NCBI GenBank assembly: GCA_045862955.1
Contig: BTVI01000013.1
Span: 1 to 64,000, forward strand
Origin: Fimbriimonadales bacterium
GTDB lineage: Bacteria > Armatimonadota > Fimbriimonadia > Fimbriimonadales > JABRVX01
Length of the DNA stretch: 64,000 nucleotides
Direction: 5' to 3'
This document shows, piece after piece, positions 28,625 to 38,409 of this stretch. Position numbers and translations under genes: made by a program. The notes below the pieces were generated by a model. It worked only from the letters and a program-made list of their open reading frames with translations. It was not told the DNA's origin and ran no database searches. Each line of letters opens with the position of its first letter. Positions within the stretch are counted from its first letter, which is position 1.

Positions 28625-30247
28625 CTATGGCTCGTCTCCGAGCGCGGGCAAGCGCAGCGTGAACGTAGACCCCTTGCCCGGTTTGGAGGTCAGGTCGATC
28701 GTTCCCCCGTGGGCTTCCACCAGCTTCCGCACCACTGCGAGGCCCAGGCCTGTGCCCTTAGCTTTCGTAGTGAAGAACGGCTCGAAAACGCGAGCCGCCT
28801 CTTCTGGTGTCATACCGAGTCCCGTGTCGCGCACGCTGATGACCGCCAACTGCTGGGCTCGGTCGTGCCTGCCGCTCACCGTGAGTGTCCCGCCATCGGG
28901 CATCGCCTGGCATGCGTTGAGCGTCAGGTTGCGAAGCACCTGGTTCAGCCGCAGTACGTCTATCCACAGTATCGGCAGGTCTCGCGCAGCGTTCAGGCGA
29001 AGCGAAACACCACGCTCACGGCACACCGGCCTCCAGACCTGAACGAAGTCTCTTAGCAGGTCGCCTAGAGGCACGGGCTGGGTACGAAGTTGCAGTGGGC
29101 GCGCAAAGTCCAGAAAGTCCTCTGCAATCCGATTGAGGCTGTCCACCTCGTTCAGGATGATGCGGGCGAACTCGGCACAAGCTCCGTTGGGGTCCGTCTG
29201 CTGGAGGAGTTGTGCAGCGCCTCGGATGCTGGTAAGCGGATTGCGGAGCTCGTGAGCTATCTGCGCCGTCATCTGGCCGAGGTGGGCCAGGTGTCGCATG
29301 CGCTCCATGTCACTTTCCAGAGCCGCCTGGTCGGTCACGTCCTGAATGCCTAGCAGCACCCCTCCCGAAGCCAGCTGGGAGACTACGAGGTTGGCTACCA
29401 TCGTTCTGCCATCGGTGCGGGTGAGCTTCTGCTGCCAAAGGTGCATCGGCACGCCGCTATCTCGAGCAGACTCGATGGCCTCCAGCACCGGCTCCGCTGA
29501 CGCTGTCTCCAGCGCGAGCAATACCAAGCGCTCTAGTGGACGTCCGCACGCGTCCTGCGCCGCGATACCGAGACTGGCTTCTATGCAGGAGTTCCAGAGT
29601 GCAACCGTGCCTCTGGGGCTCGTCACTGCGACCCCGCTCGGGAGGGCTTGGACGGCATGAGCAGCCAGCGCATCGGCCTCGGACCGACGTTCGTCGAGCA
29701 AGCGTAGCAGTTTCCCAGCGGCGATCACGAGCCCCTCGACGGCCGCAATGCTGGCGTTGTCCGGCATGTGCGCCTTGCGGCCGAAGTCGGCCAGCGCAAG
29801 GCCTCGCTCGCTCCCGGGGATGACCGCCACGATTAGGCCGGGGCACCCCAGCATTCGTCGCAGCCCCGACCAAGCGGGCCCGTCCGCCAGCCATCGGGCG
29901 CCGTCGAACCTAAGCAATTCTTGCCAGGGCTCCGCGTGGAGCCTGAAACCGCGCTTTGGGAAAACCCCGGCCCGGTATCCCCGGACAGCAACCGGTACCA
30001 GCGAAGCACCCGCCGGCCCGTTCGTGGGAAGGAGAATGGCTGCTCTTGCCGCTCCGGAGACTGCTTGAACCGCTTCGAGCAGTGTGACCAGAAGCGTCTC
30101 GGCGCCCCGCTCAGCGCCGTCCACCAGCCTGGCGAGGCCCTTGCCCAGGGCGTCACACCCCGAGGCAGGCGGCAAGCCGCCGGCGCCCAAGGCCGCCCCA
30201 CGAGGGCGCTCGCGGGCTAGGACCGTTGCTTCCGTTGCTGTCTCCAG
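28625..30247 (-). CDS. Sensor histidine kinase (GAF-like + PAS + HisKA + HATPase), NtrB-like partner
   Basis: AHELRNPL, NLTLNACQA, DTGLG, FFTTK, GTGLGL; start uncertain (CTG at 30247 with SD, or TTG at 30190). Confidence 0.9.
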   Translation of the reverse strand: METATEATVLARERPRGAALGAGGLPPASGCDALGKGLARLVDGAERGAETLLVTLLEAVQAVSGAARAAILLPTNGPAGASLVPVAVRGYRAGVFPKRGFRLHAEPWQELLRFDGARWLADGPAWSGLRRMLGCPGLIVAVIPGSERGLALADFGRKAHMPDNASIAAVEGLVIAAGKLLRLLDERRSEADALAAHAVQALPSGVAVTSPRGTVALWNSCIEASLGIAAQDACGRPLERLVLLALETASAEPVLEAIESARDSGVPMHLWQQKLTRTDGRTMVANLVVSQLASGGVLLGIQDVTDQAALESDMERMRHLAHLGQMTAQIAHELRNPLTSIRGAAQLLQQTDPNGACAEFARIILNEVDSLNRIAEDFLDFARPLQLRTQPVPLGDLLRDFVQVWRPVCRERGVSLRLNAARDLPILWIDVLRLNQVLRNLTLNACQAMPDGGTLTVSGRHDRAQQLAVISVRDTGLGMTPEEAARVFEPFFTTKAKGTGLGLAVVRKLVEAHGGTIDLTSKPGKGSTFTLRLPALGDEP

Positions 30248-30258
30248 ATGCTCCTCCC

Positions 30259-30287
30259 TTGACGCTGCCGAGGGGCCGTGATATACT
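30259..30287 (+). promoter_or_regulatory. Sigma70-type promoter for the TPR/YfhO operon
   Basis: TTGACG-N17-TATACT with an extended -10 TG. Confidence 0.75.
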
Positions 30288-30358
30288 GCTAAGTCGTCCT
30301 CATCCGCGAGACGTGGCTTTAGTCGAATGCCCCATTCGAATGTTCGGAGAATGACGGT

Positions 30359-30709
30359 GTGAGTACCACATCCGAGAGTTACGACCGGGCCGTGCGCGCC
30401 AAGGAGGAGGGTCGTTACTCGGAAGCCGTCGCCGAACTGCAGGCTATCCTAGTAGAAGACCCTACCAACCCGGACGCTCACTGGCAGATGGGTCTCGTCC
30501 TGTGCTTCATGGGCGACTTCGACGGTTCGCTAGCCGAGCTTCAGAAGGCCGTGGACCTAGACTCGGGCCACATCCGTGCGAGAAACGACCTCGCCATGAC
30601 CCACATGATGTTGGGCAACTACGAGGAGGCGAAGAGCATCTTCTTGACGGTTCTTGCCGACGACCCCGGCAACGAGGTCGCAACGCGCCAACTCGTCTAT
30701 TTCACCTAA
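30359..30709 (+). CDS. Small TPR protein
   Basis: About three TPR motifs (A....DP....AH...G..L...G); GGAG SD before GTG. Confidence 0.85.
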   Translation: MSTTSESYDRAVRAKEEGRYSEAVAELQAILVEDPTNPDAHWQMGLVLCFMGDFDGSLAELQKAVDLDSGHIRARNDLAMTHMMLGNYEEAKSIFLTVLADDPGNEVATRQLVYFT

Positions 30710-30710
30710 G

Positions 30711-32984
30711 ATGAGCGCCGGCGCCGCCAAGCAGTGGGCACTCGCTGCGCTGCTGTTCGCCGTGCTTGCCGTCCTCCCGCTATGGCGATGCGTTGTCTAT
30801 GGCGAGGTGTTCGTCCCAGGCGGCATGGTCCAAGGCTTCGAGCCTTGGGGAGACGAGGCGCGCGAGGCATGGGACATTCTGCGCTGGGACTCGGTGGCGC
30901 AGTTCTACCCTTGGCGGACGTACCTGTTCTCCAACCTGGTGTCCGGTCGGGTGCCGCTGTGGAACCGCCACGAGCTGCTTGGCACGCCGTTTCTTGCGAA
31001 CTCACAGAGCGGCGTGTTCTATCCGCTCCACTGGGTCCTGGCCCCCCTGGGAGCCGCACACGGCATCACGCTCGCAGCCTTTCTGCATCTGGCGTGGGCT
31101 GGGCTGGGGTGCTACGTGCTCTGCAGGCGTCTGGGCTGCGGGTGGGGTCCCGCGGTTCTCGCGGGAGCGACATTCGAGCTATCGCAGTGGGTGATTGCCT
31201 GGCTACAGCTGTCGAGCGTCCCGACGACGGTCTGTTGGATACCTTGGCTGCTAGCGGCGGTGCACCGTGTGTGGTCCCTGCCGAACACCGCTGCGGCTGC
31301 TAGGCTGGCATGTTGTACCGCGATGCTACTGCTTGCAGGCCACCTGCAGATCGCCTCTTACGGCATCGGTGCCGCGCTCGTCTTCGCAGTGTTCCTTATC
31401 CCCTCTAAGGCCTGCGAGCAGCCTCGGCCACGCGTCGTCGGCGCTTGGTCCGGCGGGGTGGCGTTAGGAGTGGCCTTGGCTGCCGTGCAGCTGCTTCCCG
31501 TCCTCGAGATGGGCAGGCTGTCCCACCGTTCCACGTCGCCCAGCAGTGAGGGGTATCGGGCGTATGTTCGACTTGCCATGCCTGCCTCGCTGATGGGCTT
31601 GACCGTGGACCCGTACATGGCCGGTGATCCACGCCTGGGTACGGTGATGCCGAACCCCGAGATCCGAGGAGAGTACTGGGGCCCCGAGCCTCTCCCCGAG
31701 TACTCGGCATACACTGGTCTGGCTGCGCTAGTGCTCGCCGGCTACGGCATCTTGCGCATCTGCACCTTGGGATCCAGCGGATGGGCTTTCCTGACCATGA
31801 GTGTCGGGGCATGGCTGCTTGCGCTGGGGACCGACTTGAACCGCCTGTTGTACTTCGGCATCCCGGGGTGGGCTGCCACCGGCAGCCCTGCTCGCGTGCT
31901 GTGCCTGGCTGCACTCGCCGGATCCGTGTTGGCAGGCCTGGGCTTGGAGCAGATGTTGCGGGACGGCAGGGAAATGGCTCCGAAGCGCAGACGGGCTCTG
32001 GGGATGCTGCTGGTCGTCGCTACGGTGGCGCTGTCGGGTGGCCTCTTATGGTGGGCGTCGGTCACCCGCCCCGAGGCCTTGCCCGCGCTCGAGATGGCAT
32101 CGGTACCCTGGGTGCTGGTGGCTCCCCTGCTCGCGACGATACTGCTCGTGCTCGCTTGGACGCAGAAGCCCTGGTCCAGGGCGGGAGCGAGCGCATCAGG
32201 CATCGTCCTGCAGGTCGCCCTACTCGCACCCTTCGCCACGGCTTACAACCCGACTGCAAAGGCACTCGGCATCTTCCCCGACTTCGAGAGGCTCGAGCGA
32301 TTGAAGCAGGCGGCGCCGTACCGAGTTGCCATCGTGAACGCAGACCGTTGGAATCGGTACGTGCACCCGCCGGCGCTCTTGCCGCCCAACTCTGCGATGG
32401 CGCTGGGCTTCGACGAGGTCGGGGGCTACGACTCGCTGATCCTCAAGAGCACCAAAGAGCGTTTGCTGGACGTGCTTAATGGTGAGGACAGTGCCGTGAT
32501 GGCCAACGGAAACATGCTCTTCGTCAAGCCGAGCGCTGGAGAAGGATCGTACGGGCTGGGAGACATGGGTGTTCGGTACGCTATCGTGTCATCCGCCGTT
32601 GCAGGCACAAAAGAAGGCGAGCCGGTCCTCGTGGAGCTCCAGCCTGCCCCCATGGCCCAAGTCTCTGACGCCGGGGCGGACTTCCAGTGGACGGGACCCA
32701 ATAGCTTCCTCCTCCGCTCGGACAAAGGCGGCCCCGCCATGGTGCGCGTCGCTGCGGCTCCGGGATGGGTGGTCCGCGACGGCACGCATCAGGTTGCGGT
32801 TGGCTGGGCAGAACCATCCTGGCTGGCCGCGGCCTTACCGGAGGGCCTGGCCGTATCGCACTGGCGATACGAGCCGAGCACCTATCGCGTCGGGTTGTTT
32901 CTCACTCTGGTTGGTCTGGCGATTGTCAGTGGCATCGCAACCACCAGGGGTCGAGTGATGATCAAGAAAAGTCTCCAAAGTTGA
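30711..32984 (+). CDS. YfhO-like polytopic membrane protein (GT-C glycosyltransferase)
   Basis: D...QFYP, PLWN....GTPFLANSQSGVFYP, GGYDS, PGW and Y.P...GL C-terminal motifs; many TM helices. Confidence 0.85.
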   Translation: MSAGAAKQWALAALLFAVLAVLPLWRCVVYGEVFVPGGMVQGFEPWGDEAREAWDILRWDSVAQFYPWRTYLFSNLVSGRVPLWNRHELLGTPFLANSQSGVFYPLHWVLAPLGAAHGITLAAFLHLAWAGLGCYVLCRRLGCGWGPAVLAGATFELSQWVIAWLQLSSVPTTVCWIPWLLAAVHRVWSLPNTAAAARLACCTAMLLLAGHLQIASYGIGAALVFAVFLIPSKACEQPRPRVVGAWSGGVALGVALAAVQLLPVLEMGRLSHRSTSPSSEGYRAYVRLAMPASLMGLTVDPYMAGDPRLGTVMPNPEIRGEYWGPEPLPEYSAYTGLAALVLAGYGILRICTLGSSGWAFLTMSVGAWLLALGTDLNRLLYFGIPGWAATGSPARVLCLAALAGSVLAGLGLEQMLRDGREMAPKRRRALGMLLVVATVALSGGLLWWASVTRPEALPALEMASVPWVLVAPLLATILLVLAWTQKPWSRAGASASGIVLQVALLAPFATAYNPTAKALGIFPDFERLERLKQAAPYRVAIVNADRWNRYVHPPALLPPNSAMALGFDEVGGYDSLILKSTKERLLDVLNGEDSAVMANGNMLFVKPSAGEGSYGLGDMGVRYAIVSSAVAGTKEGEPVLVELQPAPMAQVSDAGADFQWTGPNSFLLRSDKGGPAMVRVAAAPGWVVRDGTHQVAVGWAEPSWLAAALPEGLAVSHWRYEPSTYRVGLFLTLVGLAIVSGIATTRGRVMIKKSLQS

Positions 32985-33145
32985 TCGAAACGGCGGCTGG
33001 CGTAGTCCTGTGCTTCGCAGCCCGGCCGAGCCACCGATCTCGCCACGGGCCCAGGCGCAGAGAGGGGGCTAGCTTGGTCGGGGTACTCTTGCTGCTGCCA
33101 GCGCACACCGCAGCGCGCTGGACACACCTATCGAAGGGGATTGTG

Positions 33146-33652
33146 ATGGCCAGAACGGTAACGATGAAGGGAAATCCTCTGGAGCTAGAGGGGCCAGAGC
33201 TCCGAGCAGGGGACCGCGCACCCGAATTCCGACTTCACGCGAAGGACTTGAGCGACGTCACTCTCAGGGACTTCGAAGGAAGGGTGCTACTGCTCAGCGT
33301 CGTGCCCTCGCTGGACACGGGCGTTTGCGCGATGCAGACGAAGCGTTTCAACGAGGAAGCGGCGAAGCTCCCAGACAGCGTGCGCATCTTAACCGTGAGT
33401 TGCGACCTGCCGTTTGCCCAGGCTCGGTTCTGCGGAGAGAATGACATCGCCATCCCGACTGCGTCGGACCATCGCGACGTCAGCTTCGGCAAAGCCTATG
33501 GCACTCTCATCCCATCGCTGCGCATCGAGTGCAGGGCGCTCTTCGTGGTAGACCCCACCGGAACGATTCGCCACGCCGAGTACGTTCCGGAGTTGACCAA
33601 CGAACCGAACTACGACGCGGCGTTGTCCGTTGTTCGGTCCCTTATCTCCTGA
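33146..33652 (+). CDS. tpx: Thiol peroxidase (atypical 2-Cys peroxiredoxin)
   Basis: VT.KGNP, VPSLDTGVC, DLPFAQARFC, EPNYD. Confidence 0.97.
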   Translation: MARTVTMKGNPLELEGPELRAGDRAPEFRLHAKDLSDVTLRDFEGRVLLLSVVPSLDTGVCAMQTKRFNEEAAKLPDSVRILTVSCDLPFAQARFCGENDIAIPTASDHRDVSFGKAYGTLIPSLRIECRALFVVDPTGTIRHAEYVPELTNEPNYDAALSVVRSLIS

Positions 33653-33667
33653 CGCGAAAGGGCCACT

Positions 33668-34357
33668 ATGCACTTCGGCGACATGACCTGGCGGCAGGTC
33701 GAAGCGTATCTCGAAATGGACGACCGCGTGATCGCGATATTCGGCGCGTGCGAGCAGCACTGCGGCCTGAGCCTGCTCACCGACATCCGTATCCCCTTGG
33801 AGATCGCTACCAGAGTGGCCGAGCGAGAGCGGGTATTGATAGCACCGCCCCTCAACTTCGGCCTGTCAGCGGCGTTTCGGGCCTATCCTGGCACCGTCAG
33901 CCTGGGGCCCGAGACCTTCTGCGCTGCAGTGCGCGAAATCCTGCGCGGCCTCTACGAGCAGGGATTCAAGCGCATCATGGTGCTCAACGGCCATGGCGCC
34001 AACACACCGCTCGCCTCGATCCTGCAAGAAAGCGGGGAGGCACACCACGACCTGCAGCTCCAGCTCGTCGAGTGGTGGCGGCTGCCGGTGGTGGTCGGTT
34101 ACGCCGAGCGCGTCGGGTCGGAAGCGTTGCATGCGAACTGGGCCGAGTGCTTCTCGTTTACGCGCATAGACCAACCGGAGGGAGACAAGCCTCCAGTGGC
34201 GCTTCCGCGGTTCGTGCCTGGCGGATGGCTGCGTGGGGTACTGGGTGACGGGTCTTTCGGCGGTCATTACCAGCAGCCCGACGCTCTGATGGACGCGATG
34301 CTCGACGACATTGTCTCTGAGGTAGCTCGGCTCGTGCGCGAAGGCTGGCCATCCTAA
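33668..34357 (+). CDS. Creatininase-family amidohydrolase
   Basis: MTW.QV, GACEQH...TD, YPGTVSL, NGHGAN, HA...E. Confidence 0.9.
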   Translation: MHFGDMTWRQVEAYLEMDDRVIAIFGACEQHCGLSLLTDIRIPLEIATRVAERERVLIAPPLNFGLSAAFRAYPGTVSLGPETFCAAVREILRGLYEQGFKRIMVLNGHGANTPLASILQESGEAHHDLQLQLVEWWRLPVVVGYAERVGSEALHANWAECFSFTRIDQPEGDKPPVALPRFVPGGWLRGVLGDGSFGGHYQQPDALMDAMLDDIVSEVARLVREGWPS

Positions 34358-35529
34358 GCCAGAGCCGCGAGAGCCTGGTCCAGGTCGGCGATCAGGTCTT
34401 CGGGATCCTCCAGGCCGACGTGGAGCCGGATGCGCCACGTGCTGTGGCCGGACTTGTCATCCAGAGGTTCGCGAATCGGCGCAGCGAGGCTCTCGTACCC
34501 GCCCCAACTCACGGCCAAACGAAACAGCTTCAGCCGGTTCGCGAACGAGCGGACTCGGTCGTCACTAGTCTCCTTCGGGATGAAGGTGAGAAGGCCGGTC
34601 GAGCCTCGTTGCTGTTTTCGGGCGAGGTCGTACTGCGGATGGGATGGAAGCCCGGTGTAGATCACTCGCTCGACAGCCGGGTGCTGCTCGAGCCAGGATG
34701 CCACGGACATCGCGTTGCGCTGGTGGCGGTCTAGGCGAACAGACAGCGTCCTCATGCCCCGAAGGATCAGCCACGACACGAAGGGGTCCATCACCGCTCC
34801 TAGCAGGATCGACTCGTGGTTCAGGGCTTCGCGGAGCCTTGCCTCCGACGTAATCAATGCACCACCTATCAGGTCGCTGTGGCCGCCCAAATACTTCGAG
34901 GCCGAGTGCACTACGATGTCCACGCCCATCTCGATGGGATTCTGCAAGTACGGCGTGCAGTGACTGTTATCTATCAGTGTGGTGACACCATGGCTTCGAG
35001 CGATCGCACACACGGCAGCTATGTCCTGCAGGTCGAAGACGATGGTGAGCGGCGACTCGATGTAATACAGCGTTGTGTTAGGCCGTGTAGCCGCATCGAA
35101 TGCAGACGGATCGGTTCCGTCCACGTAGGTAGTCTCCACGCCGAACCGCGCCAGAATGCCATCCAATAATGCCCGGCCATAGCAGCCTCGTACTGCGACG
35201 ACGTGGTCACCGGCGCGCGTGCACGACATGATCGCCGCCGTGATCGCCCCCATTCCGCTTCCGAACATCCGCGCGCTCTCCCCGCGCTCCAGCAGGGCCA
35301 GCTTGCGCTCGAGGATCTCCGTGGTGGGGTTGCCTACACGCGTGTAGTGGTACGCCCCCGTCTGGCCTCCCCAATCCTCTATCGACTCGAAGGCGAAGAG
35401 CGATGCCTGAAAGAGCGGCGGACTCACCGCCCCGAGGAACCGCGCGGGGTCCTCGCAGCCGTGAGCAAGCAGAGTGTCGAAAGATGGTTCGCGCAGCGCG
35501 ACGAGCGCCTCAGCATCGGTGGAATCCAT
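34354..35529 (-). CDS. PLP-dependent trans-sulfuration enzyme (cystathionine gamma-synthase/lyase family)
   Basis: YTRVGNPT, SGMGAI, IDNS, VHSASKYLGGHSD, SWGG, RLHVGLE. Confidence 0.93.
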   Translation of the reverse strand: MDSTDAEALVALREPSFDTLLAHGCEDPARFLGAVSPPLFQASLFAFESIEDWGGQTGAYHYTRVGNPTTEILERKLALLERGESARMFGSGMGAITAAIMSCTRAGDHVVAVRGCYGRALLDGILARFGVETTYVDGTDPSAFDAATRPNTTLYYIESPLTIVFDLQDIAAVCAIARSHGVTTLIDNSHCTPYLQNPIEMGVDIVVHSASKYLGGHSDLIGGALITSEARLREALNHESILLGAVMDPFVSWLILRGMRTLSVRLDRHQRNAMSVASWLEQHPAVERVIYTGLPSHPQYDLARKQQRGSTGLLTFIPKETSDDRVRSFANRLKLFRLAVSWGGYESLAAPIREPLDDKSGHSTWRIRLHVGLEDPEDLIADLDQALAALA

Positions 35530-35606
35530 TCGCACATTGTGGCGATGGGAGGCGGCGCGTGTCTACGGTGATCCCCGCCGCCTTTGCGTGCGACAGGCCG
35601 AGAAGC

Positions 35607-36401
35607 CTATCTGCTGCCCGGATCTCCCTTACCGTTGTAGTAACCGTTGTCTAAGTTGCCGTCACGGTCCATGTCGTCCAGATGGGCCAGTGGCATGGAT
35701 CTGGCGTGCCCGTCACACCATGCGATCGTCACCCGTCCCACGTTCCATTCGGCAGGAACGGCTCGGCAACCCCAGCGGCCTGGCGTTCCTGGAATGCCAG
35801 AGCCACACTGCGGTGGCTCCGCATAATAGCCTGTCTCACGTCCGCTGCCCCGAGCGCTGGGCAGTGGAGGGTCTACCACGTAGACCCCTGCAGTGACGGC
35901 TCCTTGGTCGTCGCGAACCCCCATCGTGTCGGCGACGGCGAGCGTCTGCGCCATGTTGGGAACCTGCAAGGACTTCGCGGTGAATGGCAGTCCGGAGCCC
36001 TCCGCGCCGCTTCGGGAGTTGCCCAAGTACTGATAGTTGTACCCATAGCCGCCGTATAGCAAATCCTGCTGGTGTGCCCAGCGGTTTCTGAACATCTCGC
36101 GCGGCGCGAGGGGACCGTTGAAGATGCCAGTGTCGCGGCAGTACGGCCGTATGTAGTCTGGCCAACGCGTGCGAGGCTGGGCCGACGAAGGGCTCGAGTG
36201 CATTGGATATCCACCCGCGTCGTCACGGTACATGGCCACGCCGAGAGATATCTGCCGGAGGTTGCTGAGGTTCGCGGCGACCTTGGCAGACACACGCGCC
36301 CGCGCAAAAACCGGGAACAGGATTGCGGCGAGCACGGCTATGATCGCGACAACAACGAGAAGCTCGATTAGGGTAAACGCAATCGTCCGATGACAATTCA
36401 T
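35607..36401 (-). CDS. DUF1559-family prepilin, variant N-X9-DG tail
   Basis: [53 protein letters not shown]. Confidence 0.9.
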   Translation of the reverse strand: MNCHRTIAFTLIELLVVVAIIAVLAAILFPVFARARVSAKVAANLSNLRQISLGVAMYRDDAGGYPMHSSPSSAQPRTRWPDYIRPYCRDTGIFNGPLAPREMFRNRWAHQQDLLYGGYGYNYQYLGNSRSGAEGSGLPFTAKSLQVPNMAQTLAVADTMGVRDDQGAVTAGVYVVDPPLPSARGSGRETGYYAEPPQCGSGIPGTPGRWGCRAVPAEWNVGRVTIAWCDGHARSMPLAHLDDMDRDGNLDNGYYNGKGDPGSR

Positions 36402-36527
36402 ACTGGCTACTGGGTACCTCAGTAATTCCTTTGACCGTATGATCCTTGTCATCCTCAGGACTTTCGTTCCTTTGGCTCGTGATCCCGTGATGGGCTTGCG
36501 GTAGCACGACCGCGCCATAATCGCGCC

Positions 36528-37667
36528 ATGCGCTACCGGTTCTCCGGCAGCTTGGTCGAGCCCACGAAGAGGCAGAGGGAAGACGCCGCATGGTCGGTAA
36601 CCGTCTGGGACAGCGGCCGAACGACCATCCGCCTACACTTCACCTTCCTTCTGCTCTTCGCATGGCTTGGCTACCACTCGCTTCAGGGGCCCGATCACGC
36701 GCACGGCGCGCTGTTTCTCCTCGGGGTGCTCGGTAGTTTCGTCGTCCACGATGCAGCGCATGCAGCAGTGGCCCTCGGGCGTCGCTGTACGGTCCGGGAC
36801 CTCGTGGTGTATCCTCTCGGTGGATCCCCCAGCTTCGACCGCAAAGCGGCTCCCGTCGAGGATGTGCTCGTGTACTTGGCCGGACCGCTGGCCAACGCTG
36901 TGGTCGCCGCCCTTCTCTTCTGGATCTGCGAGTTGACAGGGCCCGTTCTCCCCTTCGATCGGCTCATCGAGGCTCCCGGACACTGGCTGGAGAAGCTGAT
37001 GTTCTTCAACTTCACCCTGGCGGTGCTGAACCTATACCCCGGCTACCCCGCGGACGGCGGACGCGTGCTGAGGGCTACGCTATCGCCCCGGCTGGGGCAG
37101 GGAAGGGCTGCGATGATTGCGGCAGCGCTGGGGCACGGCGCAGGAATGCTGGCGGGCCTGTACGCCGCACTCGGGCATCCGTACCTCCTTTTCTTCACCG
37201 TATTCATGATCCTCGGGGCCGGCGCCGAACTGGGCCTCACGCACCACAGGGAGCTAGTGGAGGGTGCCTCCGTCGAAGAAGCGATGATCACTAACTTCAC
37301 CAGTCTGTCGCCAGCCGACACACTTGGTCACGCTTGCGAGATTCTCGTGCGTGGCTCCCAGCAAGACTTCCCGGTGGTGCACGAAGGGCGACTGCTAGGA
37401 ATGCTCTCCAGGGACGACCTTTTGCGCGGATTGGGACGTGAAGGCAGGTTGGGTTACGTTGCGGGGGCGATGCGCCGTGAGTTCCCGCACGCAACTCCGT
37501 CTATGGACCTCAGCGACCTGATCGACCTGTTCGAGGACCACGGTGCGGACGTATTACCGGTACTAGACGGCGAGCACGTCGTGGGGATCATTACGCCCGA
37601 GAACGTGGGTGAGTACCTCGCTGTGAAAAGGCACTCACCCACGAATCCGGAGGAGAGGAGAACGTGA
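36528..37667 (+). CDS. Site-2 protease (M50) family protein with CBS pair; HDxxH variant
   Basis: HDAAH, LAGPLAN, NLYPGYPADGGR, two CBS domains; CATAAT 6 nt before the ATG. Confidence 0.9.
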   Translation: MRYRFSGSLVEPTKRQREDAAWSVTVWDSGRTTIRLHFTFLLLFAWLGYHSLQGPDHAHGALFLLGVLGSFVVHDAAHAAVALGRRCTVRDLVVYPLGGSPSFDRKAAPVEDVLVYLAGPLANAVVAALLFWICELTGPVLPFDRLIEAPGHWLEKLMFFNFTLAVLNLYPGYPADGGRVLRATLSPRLGQGRAAMIAAALGHGAGMLAGLYAALGHPYLLFFTVFMILGAGAELGLTHHRELVEGASVEEAMITNFTSLSPADTLGHACEILVRGSQQDFPVVHEGRLLGMLSRDDLLRGLGREGRLGYVAGAMRREFPHATPSMDLSDLIDLFEDHGADVLPVLDGEHVVGIITPENVGEYLAVKRHSPTNPEERRT

Positions 37668-37668
37668 C

Positions 37669-38106
37669 TTACTTCCGCTTCGCTGCCGCGCGTAGGGCAG
37701 AGTCCATCATCTCCGTCAGCTGCTTCGCGTCCTTGTAGCCGACCGCCCGGCTGATTTGTGTGCCATCGGGGTGAAGGAAGAGCAAAGTCGGAACGGCTTC
37801 CACCTTGTGCTTGCGCGCGAGGTCTTGCTGCTGGTCAATGTCGATCAGCACCATAACGAAGGATGCCGACTTCTTGACGACGGACGGATCCTTGTAGGTG
37901 CCCTTCAGCATTCGCTGACAGGGACCGCACCACTCCGCCGCGAAGTCCACTAGTACGGGCTTGTTCTGCGACTTGGCCAGCTTCAGTCCTTCGTCCAATT
38001 TGGTGATCCACTTGACTTCGGTCGGTTCACCGGCAGAATTCTTACCCTGCGAAATGACCACTCCGAGCAAGGCCAAACTAAGTGCGAGAACTGCGAGAAC
38101 GCGCAT
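37669..38106 (-). CDS. Exported thioredoxin-family protein
   Basis: Signal peptide, KPVLVDF.AEWCGPC, VPT cis-Pro motif; GGAGG SD. Confidence 0.92.
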   Translation of the reverse strand: MRVLAVLALSLALLGVVISQGKNSAGEPTEVKWITKLDEGLKLAKSQNKPVLVDFAAEWCGPCQRMLKGTYKDPSVVKKSASFVMVLIDIDQQQDLARKHKVEAVPTLLFLHPDGTQISRAVGYKDAKQLTEMMDSALRAAAKRK

Positions 38107-38409
38107 GAAGACACCTCCGATGACAATGTTTTCTCATTCATACGTCGGAGAGCATACTAGAGTCTCACACCCAGGTTCGAGGGATGCTTCGAAGAAGGGC
38201 AGCGCCTCCACGACGGAAGCCGGGGCCTTCGTTCTTCTCAATCGTCAACGAGGTTGCTGGCGTGCTGAACGCGTCACTCTACCAGCGCTCTGGGATTGAC
38301 TGCCTCGACGCCGCTTGCGTACGGCGCTGGGGTTCGACGGGTGTAACTAGCGTGAGCATACAGCACGAGCGGCGGAGGCATGCCCGCCCAATGCGAAGGA
38401 GCGGACCCG

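Noticed and set aside
27831..29042. 403-aa plus-strand ORF
   Set aside because: Antisense shadow of the NtrC/NtrB genes, typical of high-GC codon bias
36430..36475. CTGAGGA and GAAA suggesting a hammerhead ribozyme
   Set aside because: GAAA does not follow stem II as the core requires; topology wrong
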